DNA of 60,000 bases from Botryllus schlosseri. Lineage: Eukaryota. The position numbers and the translations under genes are program-made. Positions 10,657 to 22,567 of this stretch are shown here, one piece after another (position 1 is the stretch's first letter; each line of letters opens with the position of its first letter). The stretch covers positions 29,638,001 to 29,698,000 of the forward strand of contig CM119372.1 in NCBI GenBank assembly GCA_051294905.1, given 5' to 3'. Under the pieces are notes generated by a model, which worked only from the letters and a program-made list of their open reading frames with translations, was not told the origin of the DNA and did not search any database.

Positions 10657-13600
10657 ATGAAGGTCATTTTTCTTGCAGCATGCGTGCTATGGATATGCGT
10701 GGGGTCGGGTGAGTTTGTTAACGCTGCTTCACAAGTGGCTTAAGAATAAGTCCCTGCTTTCGCATTACTTGTAAATTGCAATATTTAGAGAGCATGCAGT
10801 ATTAGTGGCGACTGACTCTGAAGGCCTAACGGCCCCTCGTCGTCTCCCAGTCTATACTGCAATATTTGTTTTGTATACTTCTTTATTTATTGATGTGACG
10901 AATAAAAGACTATCTATCTATCTATCTAGTGGTCTTTATCGTATAAATCGGCTGTTTGGGATTCAATACAGAATTCTGAATCGGTTCAAACAGCATATAG
11001 TTGAGAGCTACCGTCACCGACTGGAATATTACGAATGTGCTACCTCACTCACACAGGTCGGAAGATATGCTTGGAAATTTGACTGTTTCAGATTTTGGTT
11101 ATGAAATTGACGCTGTTTGATAAAATAGAGGTATAGACTTGCATTCATCAAACTGAGGTCCACGGTCCTTTAGGGGTACGCGACACAATTTTCTAGGACC
11201 GCGAAGCACGTTCCAAAAATTCAAACGATCCAGAAAAATGAACAAATTTTAGAAAAAAAAAATTCGCGCAACCTAATTTTAAACCAAAATCGATGATGAC
11301 CCAAAATTATATCGGTAATCAACATAAAATAGAGTATTATGGTGCAGAAATATTTAATTTCATCATCGGCATCTAAGAGTTGACCATTTCCCTGCCAGGA
11401 CACACCTAGATATATGAAGGTATTGCCAAGATGCGACATCACGTGAAGCTCGCTGCCAAAAAGATCGCTAAATGCCATGGCCCAGAATTATCACCGTATG
11501 TTGTACACAACCATACGCAGCCGAACTGGTCAGTCGGTCGGCTACGGCTACACCTGTCCCATTGACACTATAAAATCAAATGTGTTGTTCTGTGGTGATT
11601 TTGTAAGGGACCGTGAGTCACTTAAAATATTGCCTAGGGATCGATTTGTGATTTTTTTTTGAAGTTTGAGAACCACTGCTGTAGACAGATTATAAATCTA
11701 ATTCTCATTCACATCACCACTAATTAAGAATGTAAAGGCTTATTCTCTATTGATATTCAGGGCTAATACATTTCGTCATTTAATTAGTTCCCGTTTTATC
11801 TTATTCGATCATATATTTCTATACCGTTGTAGAGAATACCTACTTGGCATTGCGTGTTAACTACTATTTGCCAATCTATATGTTTGGCACTTTCGACTCA
11901 GGAATCGTTATACTTACAGCGTTTGGAATCAAATGTTACGTTGGAGGGTCGTCAAACTACCAGTTAACAGACTGCTCAAGTTCTGTAACCCAATGTGCCA
12001 AGATAACAACGAGCGGTAAGAAGTCGATACTGCTAGTGAATTCACTGTTTTACATTTTTTGCATCCAAACTGTTTAGCTAGATCGGGTGAAAGCATAGAA
12101 TTCAAGTGTTATGTTATTGAAAATCCTTAACTTTCAGGCGTCGCCGTAAGGTCGTGCAACGTGCCTATGGTCACAGGAGCTGCCACTACTAGCAACGGGT
12201 GTTCGGAAGTGAATTTGGGACTTAAGATCGAAACGTGCCTCTGCTCTACAGGTATTTGATAATTCACCACCGATTTTATTTTAGTTGAAATCATAGTGTC
12301 AGTGACGCAACGAGGCGACACTATGTGTGTACTGTATAGTATATACTTCGTTATTTTACGATTTGCAATACGAATTCCTGTAGAAGTGCCGTGTCGAGTG
12401 CGGACATTAGTAGCTGAGTGACGGTATAAAACTAAACAGACATAATTATATTAGTGACGGTTGCGGTAAATGGCGTAGACCAAAAGTGACGAAGTTTGTT
12501 TACCTCTGAACCACCGCTATGGAGATGCCGAGTAACTTTGAGGTTATCGAGTAAACGCAACCAATTCAAACTCCATGCACTCCCGAGCTGCCGATAACTC
12601 ATTTGGGAAGTCGTGGATACCAGTTTGATAAACATGTTTTTGGTCCTACCCAACGTATTTGGAACCTATGCAGATCGACACGCCAGACGTTCTACAAATG
12701 CGTTATCTCTTCGGTTAGACACGAATGCCCTGCAGGAGTTCTACTTGGGCATTCTGACTCCATTCGATTTCACTACGTCACAAAAGACATACGTACTCAG
12801 TAGGGCTCTTCAAAAATGACTTTTTTCTCAAATCGTAGTGGCTACTTGATAAAATTGTTAGGTTACCTAATTTAAGCCTGCACACCAAATTTGGTTCAAT
12901 TCCAGCCAGTAGCCGCATTGCTACAGGAAAAGAAAGTTTCTATTTATTACATAAAAACTCCACTGTTTGGAATTGAACCAAATTTGGTGAACATTGTTTC
13001 TATAGACGACTTAACACTTTCATGGGGTAAACAGAAAATTTTCAAATTTTTTGCTATTTATTTTTATATGATAAATAGAAACTTTCTTCTCCTGTAGCAA
13101 TGCGGCTACTGGTTGGAATTGAATCAAATTTGGTGTGTAGGCTTAAATTAGGTATCCTAACAATTTTATCAAGTAGCCAGTACGATTTGAGAAAAGAAAA
13201 TCATTTTTGAAGAGCCCTAGTACTCAGTTATTTGTAACAATTGCTCCATCCACAATTTACATTCTGGCTACGCTGATCGTTGTGATCGCTGATATATTAT
13301 AACATTGCCTCATTTATTTCTAGTAGGTATATGTGGGAAGAATGTTCTATCAACTGAAGAAAGAATTTCCCTAAAAGCAGCGAGCTCTGTATCTGTATTA
13401 TCCATACCGTAATAGCGAACGCTTTAACGATATGCACGAATGATAGCGAAATGTTAGAGATCAAAATGCAAATCAGAAAAAAAGATGCGTATGTTTGCAA
13501 AATAGATTCGACATCAAGTTCTTTTTGTGCTTTCACTGCTGCTCCAACTTCAGCCTTGATTTAGAATTGCCTTTGCTAATAAACACACACGGTGATGACT

Positions 13601-13913
13601 TGAATCACTCCCGTAACAAAGTTAGTGATTGTGGTTGGTATGATTTCCGTTTTGCCACAGCTAAAACGATAGCTAAGTAATTTGTAAAAGTATGTATCAC
13701 GCGTCGCTATTTTAATACTTCAGCTTCCAATACCAATAGAATGCAACAAATCAATGTCGGGAATACATAACATTACTATGCCTGCATACTAAAGAGTCCA
13801 GTTGCCTTCACTACACAATTGTTTCAGATGCGTGCAACGGAGCAGCAACTTCCTACGTCAGCAGAATGCTTGCTGTCATTTTAACTGCCATCACTGCCCG
13901 CGCCGTGATGTAA
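10657..13913 (+). CDS. Ly6/uPAR (three-finger) family protein, 115 aa, signal peptide plus probable GPI anchor, copy 1. Exons 10657-10708, 11920-12015, 12138-12251, 13828-13913
   Basis: All introns are GT-AG and phase 1. Spliced product: MKVIFLAACVLWICVGSAFGIKCYVGGSSNYQLTDCSSSVTQCAKITTSGVAVRSCNVPMVTGAATTSNGCSEVNLGLKIETCLCSTDACNGAATSYVSRMLAVILTAITARAVM. It has the IKCY start, 8 mature cysteines, the CxCxxDxCN end motif and a hydrophobic tail; AATAAA at 14045. Confidence 0.9.
10809..10926 (+). mobile_element. 5'-truncated non-LTR retroelement 3' end (AATAAA then a (CTAT)n tail) in Ly6 intron 1
   Basis: TSD TAGTGG at 10803-10808 and 10927-10932; absent in copy 2 near 25614; microsatellite tail of the kind seen in CR1/L2-group elements. 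Confidence 0.75.
12801..13219. mobile_element. Foldback MITE with ~140-bp TIRs (TAGGG end, hAT-like) in Ly6 intron 3
   Basis: tagggctcttcaaaaatga...tcatttttgaagagcccta; 8-bp TSD GTACTCAG at 12793-12800 and 13220-13227. Confidence 0.9.
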
Positions 13914-16262
13914 AGCGTGGTCCAGTTGCAATCAAGCTCGAATATAATAAAGGAGGAATTTTATTTTCGTCATAATTAAGCGCAAATACAATAACGGAAG
14001 AATTTTGTTTTCGTCGTTTCGTTTGTTTTCGTATTCTATATCTGAATAAAAGTGTACCTGTCGAACTATATTGATCTTACTTCTTCACTCATATATTCAC
14101 TTATTCAGCAGGATCGCAACACTCACACAGGTAGGCCTACCGCATTGTGACAGAGTTTGTTCTGAAAACAGACTATATTATGTTGCTTATAGTCACCAGA
14201 GTATTTCCTAATAGTTACCAGTTGGGGGAAGACCAAAATTTGTGTCCTACTTATCACATGTGTCGATACTGCAGTGTAAGATTTGATTTTGTTTTTACTG
14301 CGCGGAGCGTATTGAACTCAGACATTGGTATATCGTATTGGCGTCAAGCCAGAGATCTACGTGGGTACTTGATAGTCGATAGTCATGCAGTTCGTGTGAG
14401 TCGTGCTCTCGATCGGCGGGCCTATAACTTTATCGTAATCCATTCTATTAGCGTTCTATTCAATGCGCTACTGTTGTGTACGCAATCGTTACAGGTGACT
14501 GCAAATAGGGTTGCATTTAAAACAAACGGTGTTTTAAAACACTTTGTTTAAAACATGTTTTGAACAGTGTTTTAAATAAAGGCCTTCAAAAAAATTGTTT
14601 GTTTTTTTCAAGTTGTAAAATTATGCCATAATTGTGTAAATACTTACGAAAAAACATGTTGTATGAGCCTGAACAATAACCTCCCGATATTGACGACGTA
14701 TATCGATATTGGATGGTTGGAACCCTCAAAATAGTCGGTTCAACATTATTAGTACAGATATTTCGTCAAAGGAGCTATATTTACCCTGTATTTTCAATTG
14801 TCAATGTCAATCCACTATGACGTCACACTTGAAAATTCGTGACGCCGTGGCTTTTAAAAATTGATTTTTGTTTTAAATGCAACTGCAAGTATCTACTATA
14901 CACCGATGTCGTTTTCACCTCATCATAACTACAATGGTTAAGTAGCAGTAAATCTAATGCAAGAGGTAAATGCAATGTAAAGGTTTTATCACGCCTTTTA
15001 AAACGTTGCGAGCCGCGCAATTTGTTTCTGTTTAATCGGAAGTATGGAGTAGAGTTGGTAGCAATCGCTCTCAAAACTCCATGAGCGCGCGGTGCCTATA
15101 CAAAATCTGTGATAGGCCTTGGTTTTGTAATATATGGCCCGAGCATGAAACAGGTATGGTCATCCCTGCTACATATCATGCAAAGCTTTGATAATGAAGT
15201 ATCCCAGTGATAAACAAATAAGTTATTGTTATTAATTTGAAGGCATAATTTGACTGGTCCGACCCGCAAGCGACCAAAAGCTCTGAATCCGGCCCGCGAT
15301 TTAAATTGAATATATATTGAGTTTAATATGACTGGTCTAGCGTATATCGATATATAAGTTTCCTGTGGAGTAGTGACTGATCTGCGATTTTATGTTCGAT
15401 GTTCAGTACGTGCGTTTCATTTCATGCATAACCCTTACTGAAAACGTCTGCAGAGTCCAAGAAAGAATTATCGGCGAAGTCGTCGATTATATTGGGAGTA
15501 TAAATGATCCAGTTCTATGAAATCAAAACCAGTTTCACGGTAGGCGATCTTGTGGCCTGACATAAAAATTGCTTCATGTCTGGCCACCCAGCAGTTGTGT
15601 AAGCCCACTACTCCTTTTAGAATTTTTTTTAAGCAAGCACAGATAGTGGATTAAATGAAGGAGATTGCAATACCATGTTAATTTAAGTCATTTTGCTTCA
15701 GTTTCTCTACTCTCAATGGGCTAATTTCTACGTTTGCGATTATACATCCCTGGCAATTTGAGCTCCACATTACAAATGCCAACCGTGATGAAAAATTATG
15801 CGGCCCGTGAAGAAATGCTACTGCGAGTCGGGTGCGTAGCACGAAAGAAGTTCTTTCGGTCTGATACGGTTGAGCGATTTCGAAATCTTTTGACTGTATA
15901 GCAAACGAAATGTTACGGTAAAACAACACACAACGAATGAATTGATAACAACGAGCCCGCCAGCAGATGTTTAAGTATTAATTACGGGCACCAAATTTTT
16001 AAAGACACCAATTCATAATTTGACAATAATATATGCAATACCAATTTTATTGACTGAATTCAGCCATGAATTTGATTTTATTCGCGCTTCGCGTGACTAG
16101 ACAACGCCTGCTCCCTTACCACCGATTTCAAGGACAGTATCGTTGTGATAACGTACACGCAATGGGGTGTCTGGAGGGCTTCGTTTGGTTTATCACCCTA
16201 TGGGGCGCCAATAATCAGCGTGTTGGGCGGGCTGACCAAGTGCAGTTACGGTCCTGCTAGAG

Positions 16263-17084
16263 CAGTGGTTTCCAACCTTGTTATCCTAAGTCCCCACTTC
16301 CGATTTATTCCGAGCCTTCATTCCTCACCTAAAATCTCCATATCCATATCCACCCTTTAAAGTGCTACCTCCAATAAAATTTTGCAAGACTTTGCTTAGT
16401 ATTGGTGATTGTTAAGATCCCCGGAAATGATCAGCACACAATAAAATTAACGCAGCGGTGAACTGGTAACCGTAAACGCACCTCCGTAAATATATGTATC
16501 CACCCCGGCGCGCAGCCAACAGAAAAATAGGAGGGGTTGAAAATTTTCCAAATGTTGCGGAATAGCATCAATTTACATACGTAAATGCCGAATAATATGG
16601 GTCAGATAAACTTCCTGATGTTGACGACCTCATGCGTGCGATATATACATAAACCGCCGTAAACTACACTTTCGCACAATACTACAAGAACTTGAAATAA
16701 CATAAATATGTAGACTCATTTGTAATGAGTCCGGATGTGCTATCAATTAGCGAGTCCAACATGTTCAGCAATATGAGCTCTTATTACAACGAATAAGAAT
16801 TTTTCTACCACTACGTTTCGTGACCGATGATGGTGCACAAATGAATAAAAACATTTTTGGAGTTCGTGTGTTGCTATCCAGGCGATTCTCGCTAATTGGA
16901 GGCACTGATAATATGAATCGCTGAATTGCAAATGAGCTATGAAATATTCGGTCAGCATTTCAAAACGACATTTGATAAAGGAGAATAATACTGTAAAGGT
17001 TTTTTTCAAAAGTGAGTCTATTCCCCACCAGAAATCCAGAAATTCCCTACCAGTGGGGAATTCCCCACCGTTTGGAAACCACTG
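16263..17084. mobile_element. Non-autonomous hAT/Charlie-like element (822 bp); its copy-2 counterpart (30440-45106) hosts the Polinton-like palindrome
   Basis: TIR cagtggtttccaa / ttggaaaccactg; 8-bp TSD TGCTAGAG. Confidence 0.88.
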
Positions 17085-19847
17085 TGCTAGAGATACACAG
17101 TTTTCATAAAATTGCGATTACAACTGTTACATTAAATTAAAGTTATTTTAATTTTGTAGTTTTTGCGAGGACGGGGATGCTCATAATAAAATCAATCTAT
17201 GTGACAGTAGTGACACCAACTCGCGCGCAGTGCGAAGCAAAATTTCAAGTAGCATAAATTTTACCCAAAATGAGATATTGTTTATGTTAATTTACGAAAA
17301 AAAATTTCAACTCCCTTCAAGCCTTCAGAATTCCGGACATTTAAGCATATTTCAATATTTCCTCCCGGACGCATTTTAAGCAGAGAAATTCCGCACATGT
17401 CCGGGAAATTTTGACGTATTGCAACCATAAGTCACATATCCAACCTTTTAGCGCCAACTACTAGGATGTCGAATGGTGATATGTAGCCTACGTATCGTGC
17501 GGTACGTCCCGTCTCGTCCCGTCCCAACTGTCGCCTAACAACTGCAAAAAAATTCCAAATTACGTTCCTGGTGTAGCAAACAACAAGTATTGGGATAACT
17601 ATAGGGCGTCGCGACAGCACCGGAGCGATTGTATAGCGATATTTGCTGGATTTCTTGCTACAAGTCTTTCTTTCCCGCCATGCCTTATATCAGGTTACCA
17701 ATACACGCAGAAGCTACTGCCTCGCAGCAGGATATTAATCACAACTTTGCCCGAGTTTCAAATAGTAACGTATGTATTGATATTTGGTTATGCTTAGTTA
17801 AATGCAGTTTGACCGTTGCAGCTTGACGAACATTAGGCCTATTTACGTACAGCAGACACAGATATGATATATTGTACGCGTCAAAATTGAACTTGACGAT
17901 TTCCACATCGAAGCACTAAAAATCAACGGCTGCTGATATATATCATAGCCGCATCGTTATTTGCCGCAATATCTGCATTGTAGGCCGAATTTAATGTTCA
18001 CTTTCTTATTCTCATATGGTGCTACTTTAAACGGGCACCAATTATTATTTCGCAATTCTTTACACAACATCTGGATCTGACACCGTAGTCATCCGCTTCT
18101 ACACCATGCTAGCTTGGATTGCAGCTAGAATCAGGACCGAGACAGCACTTCGTACCCGAAAAGTTGGTCTCGGGCCCCTACAGTGTGAAGTTCTCCAAAC
18201 CCCCTTTCCGACCTGGCTTTTTGCCGCAACTGGAAGACACGTTTTGAGGCATTGTGGATTCGCCGTGTATTTGTTTTTAAATCGCACCAAGTGCGAAAAA
18301 TCTTTCAAGTTCATCACTGAATTTTTTTTATAATATTGATAACTGCATATGTTACTATCCTTTTTTGATACTCTCTCAGTCCCGTGGTCAGATATACCGG
18401 TCTAGCTGGGGAAGGTGGTGTCTTCGAAAATTTAGGGCACGCTACTCATATTTATAGCATCTTCGGACGGGCCCAATTCGTGACCTCCTGTCTGCTACAT
18501 AGTCAGAAGATATTGGGATCACCCAAACGTAGCAACATATAAGAAATCTGAAATAAATCTATTTTGAGTCGCACACACAAATTATCATTTCTTCGCGGGC
18601 GCATCATTTTTCTCTGTGGGTGGCCTAGTTGGCATTTACATTGTGGGATCTGATTAGGAGCAAGACAAGATTATTCGTCACGCCCATCCAGCGCGGTTAT
18701 GGACAATGGATACATACACAAAGTTTCGGCCAAGGTCTTTTTTTGATAGCACACTTCATGAAGTTACATGTTGACCGAAGCTGCATATGTCTTGGATGTG
18801 CCGTGGCACGGTAATGGCCGGCACCGTAATGCTTATATCAATAAATAGGTAATTAAATCTTTCGAGAACACTCTAATAATTATATGTGTTGATTTACGAA
18901 ATAACTTGGTGTTGTCTTCGGGCTCTCTCCCCAACCTATCGGTAGTTTTGGTTACGACCCTGGCTAGAATGCAAGTTGTTGGATGCGTGAAATCGTCAGC
19001 TATATATAGTTGATCAATGGGTATATTAGGACGTCAACAGCAAATGACGTCATGATATCTCATCTATAAAGAAAGTTGTTCCCTCATGAGACCCTTCATC
19101 GCAATCGTGATATTGTCTTCCAATATGTGTTCAAAGATCAATTCTAAGAAAGAAAATCAATGTAATCGCGAGTAATCGTGATTACTTTTCCAATGTAATC
19201 GTAATCGTAATCGACTACTTCCAGATTTTGCTGTAATCGTAATCGTAATCGTAATCGCGAGATTCAGAAGTCATCGTAATCGCAATCGATTACATTCATG
19301 AAGTAATCACCCCATGTCTGGTCCATTGTTATTTATAACTTTGTTAAACCATGTTATTTCGCCATTCCCAGAAAAAGACTGCGCTATTGAAATGATATCA
19401 ATATCGCTGACGCGTACGAGACCATACTAAAAGAAAAATCTCTTTCGTGAGGCCCACGTCATTGCAAATTACCATTTCTTCACAGTGCGCAATTGTATCT
19501 CGGTTTCAGACTTCAGCGAGAACACTATCTGCCCTTGGCAATGTTCCCTCTAATTTTTCACGAGTCTGCGCGCTTGCGCGGTACCGTGCAGAACAGTGCG
19601 CAACGACTAAAAAAAGTCATCACTTCAGATTTTTTGTGCGCAGCTTAGATTTTCTGTGCGCAGAGACCGTTTCAACACTGCGCATTTGCGCACGTTAGAG
19701 GGAACATTGATCGTGAGTAATAATTGTGATTGCTTTTCCAAAGTAATCGTAATCGTAATCGACTACTTGCTGATTTTGCTGCAATCGTAATCGCGTGATT
19801 TAGAAGTAATCGCAATCGTTTACATTCATGAAGTAATCACCCATGTC

Positions 19848-21149
19848 CAGGCCTGTTTATTTTTGGATTTCTCCAAAAATAACAAAAATGGCTTAGTTTT
19901 GGATGTTTTCAAATTTTATTTTTGGAGAATCTCCAAAAATAAGAGATGAAGGTGTTTTTAGCCCTAATACTACATAGAAAACTTCACCGAAAGTATGTTA
20001 TTATCGTGTATTCATGTTCTGCAACACATCGACATCATCAGTGATCTTGATCTAACTTTCTAATACTTTCGTCACAAAGTCTTTGGCCTGGAGAATGCCC
20101 TCCTAATAAAAATCAGTGGGTGACGCCCGGTAGAGACCTTTCTCCCAGTTGATTTTCGAGAAATCGGCTTCGACCGTAGCAGTTGGGGGAAACATCGAGC
20201 CATGTGGGTCCAAAGAACTGTTGCTCGTCAATAATGCCCTTGAAAGTGACGTCCATTTTGTATCGGACAGACATGGATTGGAATTGGTCTTCGATATTCT
20301 GTATCTACTCAGGTGTCCACTTGTTCGACTCACTCCGGTGTTTGTCGATCAATTCACTGAGCTGCAAATAAAGTAGCTTACATATATGTATCCATCTTGT
20401 TTATATTACTAGAATCTAAAAGAGTAAGAAGTATTTGTTCTGTCCTGCCTACGAGGTTGCACCACTTGGTGTGGTAGACAGGGCAGAACCCTTTCATTGT
20501 CGGCAACTTCAATTTTCTTTATACCGTCGATGAGCCCTGCTATAAGGCTCCTGGCTGTGCCTCGAACGTGGACTGCTTCTCTTCTTCGTCGATATTCTCG
20601 AGAAGGTCGAGGACTGCACACTCTGATCCTCCACGAAATTGCGTGACTCAGTGAACTTGATAGCCCAGCACCCTCTGACCAGAGGACCTTCCTTGCCGCG
20701 GGTGTCATTGTCCCAGTCCTCAGCTGGGCACCGAGCTCGAAGGCAATCGACCAGGCGATGGAGCTCATCCTGATGCTCCACGATCGGAGGGCCAAGACCT
20801 TGAATCTTTTACACGGTGGTGCTCAGCTCTGTGGCCATGCGCTCGAGGACGATTAGTTGGATCCACTACTGCCGCGGAGGTGCACAGGCCGGACTTTAAT
20901 CGTTTATAACCCCGAGGAGTTTGATATGGTGTCTAGTCAACCAAGGAGACCCCCTCCCGCACACGCATGCTGCTTTTGTGTGTGTTTGTGAGTTTCCTGG
21001 TTGTTTCAACAGTATTTACACTGCACTGCATTTCACTAAAAAACTTGAAAAAACATCATCCAAAAAAATCTTATTTTTGGATGTTTTCAAATCTTATTTT
21101 TGGAGAATCTCCAAAAATAAAACCCAATATCCAAAAATAAACAGGCCTG
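19848..21149 (-). mobile_element. Internally deleted hAT-type transposon (1302 bp) with transposase C-terminal remnants
   Basis: TIR caggcctgtttatttttggat / atccaaaaataaacaggcctg; 8-bp TSD CCCATGTC; absent in copy 1. Minus strand reads FPPTATVEADFSKINWEK...TDFY*EGILQAKDF, resembling a hAT dimerisation-like motif. Confidence 0.85.
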
Positions 21150-22567
21150 CCCATGTCTGAATGCACACGCGTTTTGCCATTTTGCTAGAGAGGTTCAACC
21201 AGATTCCCAATTGATGCATTGTATCACTTATCAGTATGCGTATTGTTTTCGTGTTGTTTCTTTCCTTATGGTTTACGTAACAGTTGTAACATTTTGGGCA
21301 AGGTGGCACTGTACAGGTTTCGAACTTTGCAATTCTACTCTGGAATCGAGCTCACGTGAGCTTTTCACCCGCAACAATGGTGCATGGCTTGAGTTTGAGA
21401 CGTTTCTCTGGATACTGGCCTCGCCTTTGTGATATGCGGCTCGAGCGTGAAGCAAGCCTGGCCACTCCTGTTGTATATCATGCAAAGCGTGAATGAGGAA
21501 GCATGAAACTGAAAAACAAAGTACCATCCGGCATCATTTGACTGTCAAACTCAGAAGCCCGTTCCTGTGAATCCAGGCAATGACCTAAATTGAGTTTGAA
21601 TTGAGTTTGACATGACTGTTCTTGCCTACATGAAGATTTGGTTTCTGTCGAGTAGTGCCTGATTGTCTTCATATCTGTTTTATGATGCATGATGTCAGCA
21701 GTTAGGTAAGTGGGAAGACGTCATTTCCTGCAGAACCGCTATTGGAAACGTGGTAAGGGTCCCGGAAGAAGATCTATTGCAGTTACCATTGTCGATATAA
21801 ATGATCCGATGATCGAAAATCGAAACCAGTTTCAACGGCATTGACTCGTGTGGCGAGACACGACAATACCGCCCTGCCTGGCGATCCAGCAGTTGTGTAG
21901 TAGGTCTGTATGTAGATGCGGCTCGTGCGTATATTAAATTGGTGTGCTACACCATGTTTGCTTGGAAAAGTTATTCTCATGAATTTTTCCACAAGGGCTT
22001 ACTTCTAATACGGTAGCGCTTATAGTTATATTAAACGTTCAAGTGCCAACTACCAGATTGCCATTTGGTGGTATGTAGCCTTACGTATCGTACGATACGT
22101 CCCAGCATGCCGCCAGATCAGTGCACATGATTGTCCAAACCGCATCCCTGGAAGAGCTAACGACGAGTATTGGCTAGGGCTGGGCACAATGATTCGGGTA
22201 CTCGAATCTGAATCGATATTAATTTTAATGATTCGAGTCGAGTAGCAAAAAACGATTTTTTCGAGTACTGAAGTTATTCGCTCTTCGCCACTCGAAGTTC
22301 ATTTACCAACGAGAATTAAATTTATGATACTATTTTCCACTGTGGTAGCCTTGCAACCATGATTGGCCGTATCGCAACAGACAATGTGTATCTTCAATGT
22401 GATGGATAACGGGCATTATATTCTTTGTGGTGGCATAAAAGGTACATATTTGACATGTGTCATATTATATACTGTTATGACGTCATAATGAGTGGTACTC
22501 GACTCGAAGCATGATGCGTGATTCAGGATCGAATCACTTAGGTACTCGATTTTGCCCAACCATAATA

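Larger units (their letters stand above)
1..17674 (+). repeat. Segmental duplication, copy 1 (begins upstream of the window)
   Basis: Position 1 (atctgaaagaaatctattttgagtcgcac) matches 18546. The copies are colinear and highly similar up to caagtctttctttc at 17674/45688, apart from copy-specific insertions. Confidence 0.95.

Noticed and set aside
11844..12077. ORF-track proteins at 11844-12077 and 26158-26523 as standalone genes
   Set aside because: They are Ly6 exon 2 read through into flanking intron sequence.
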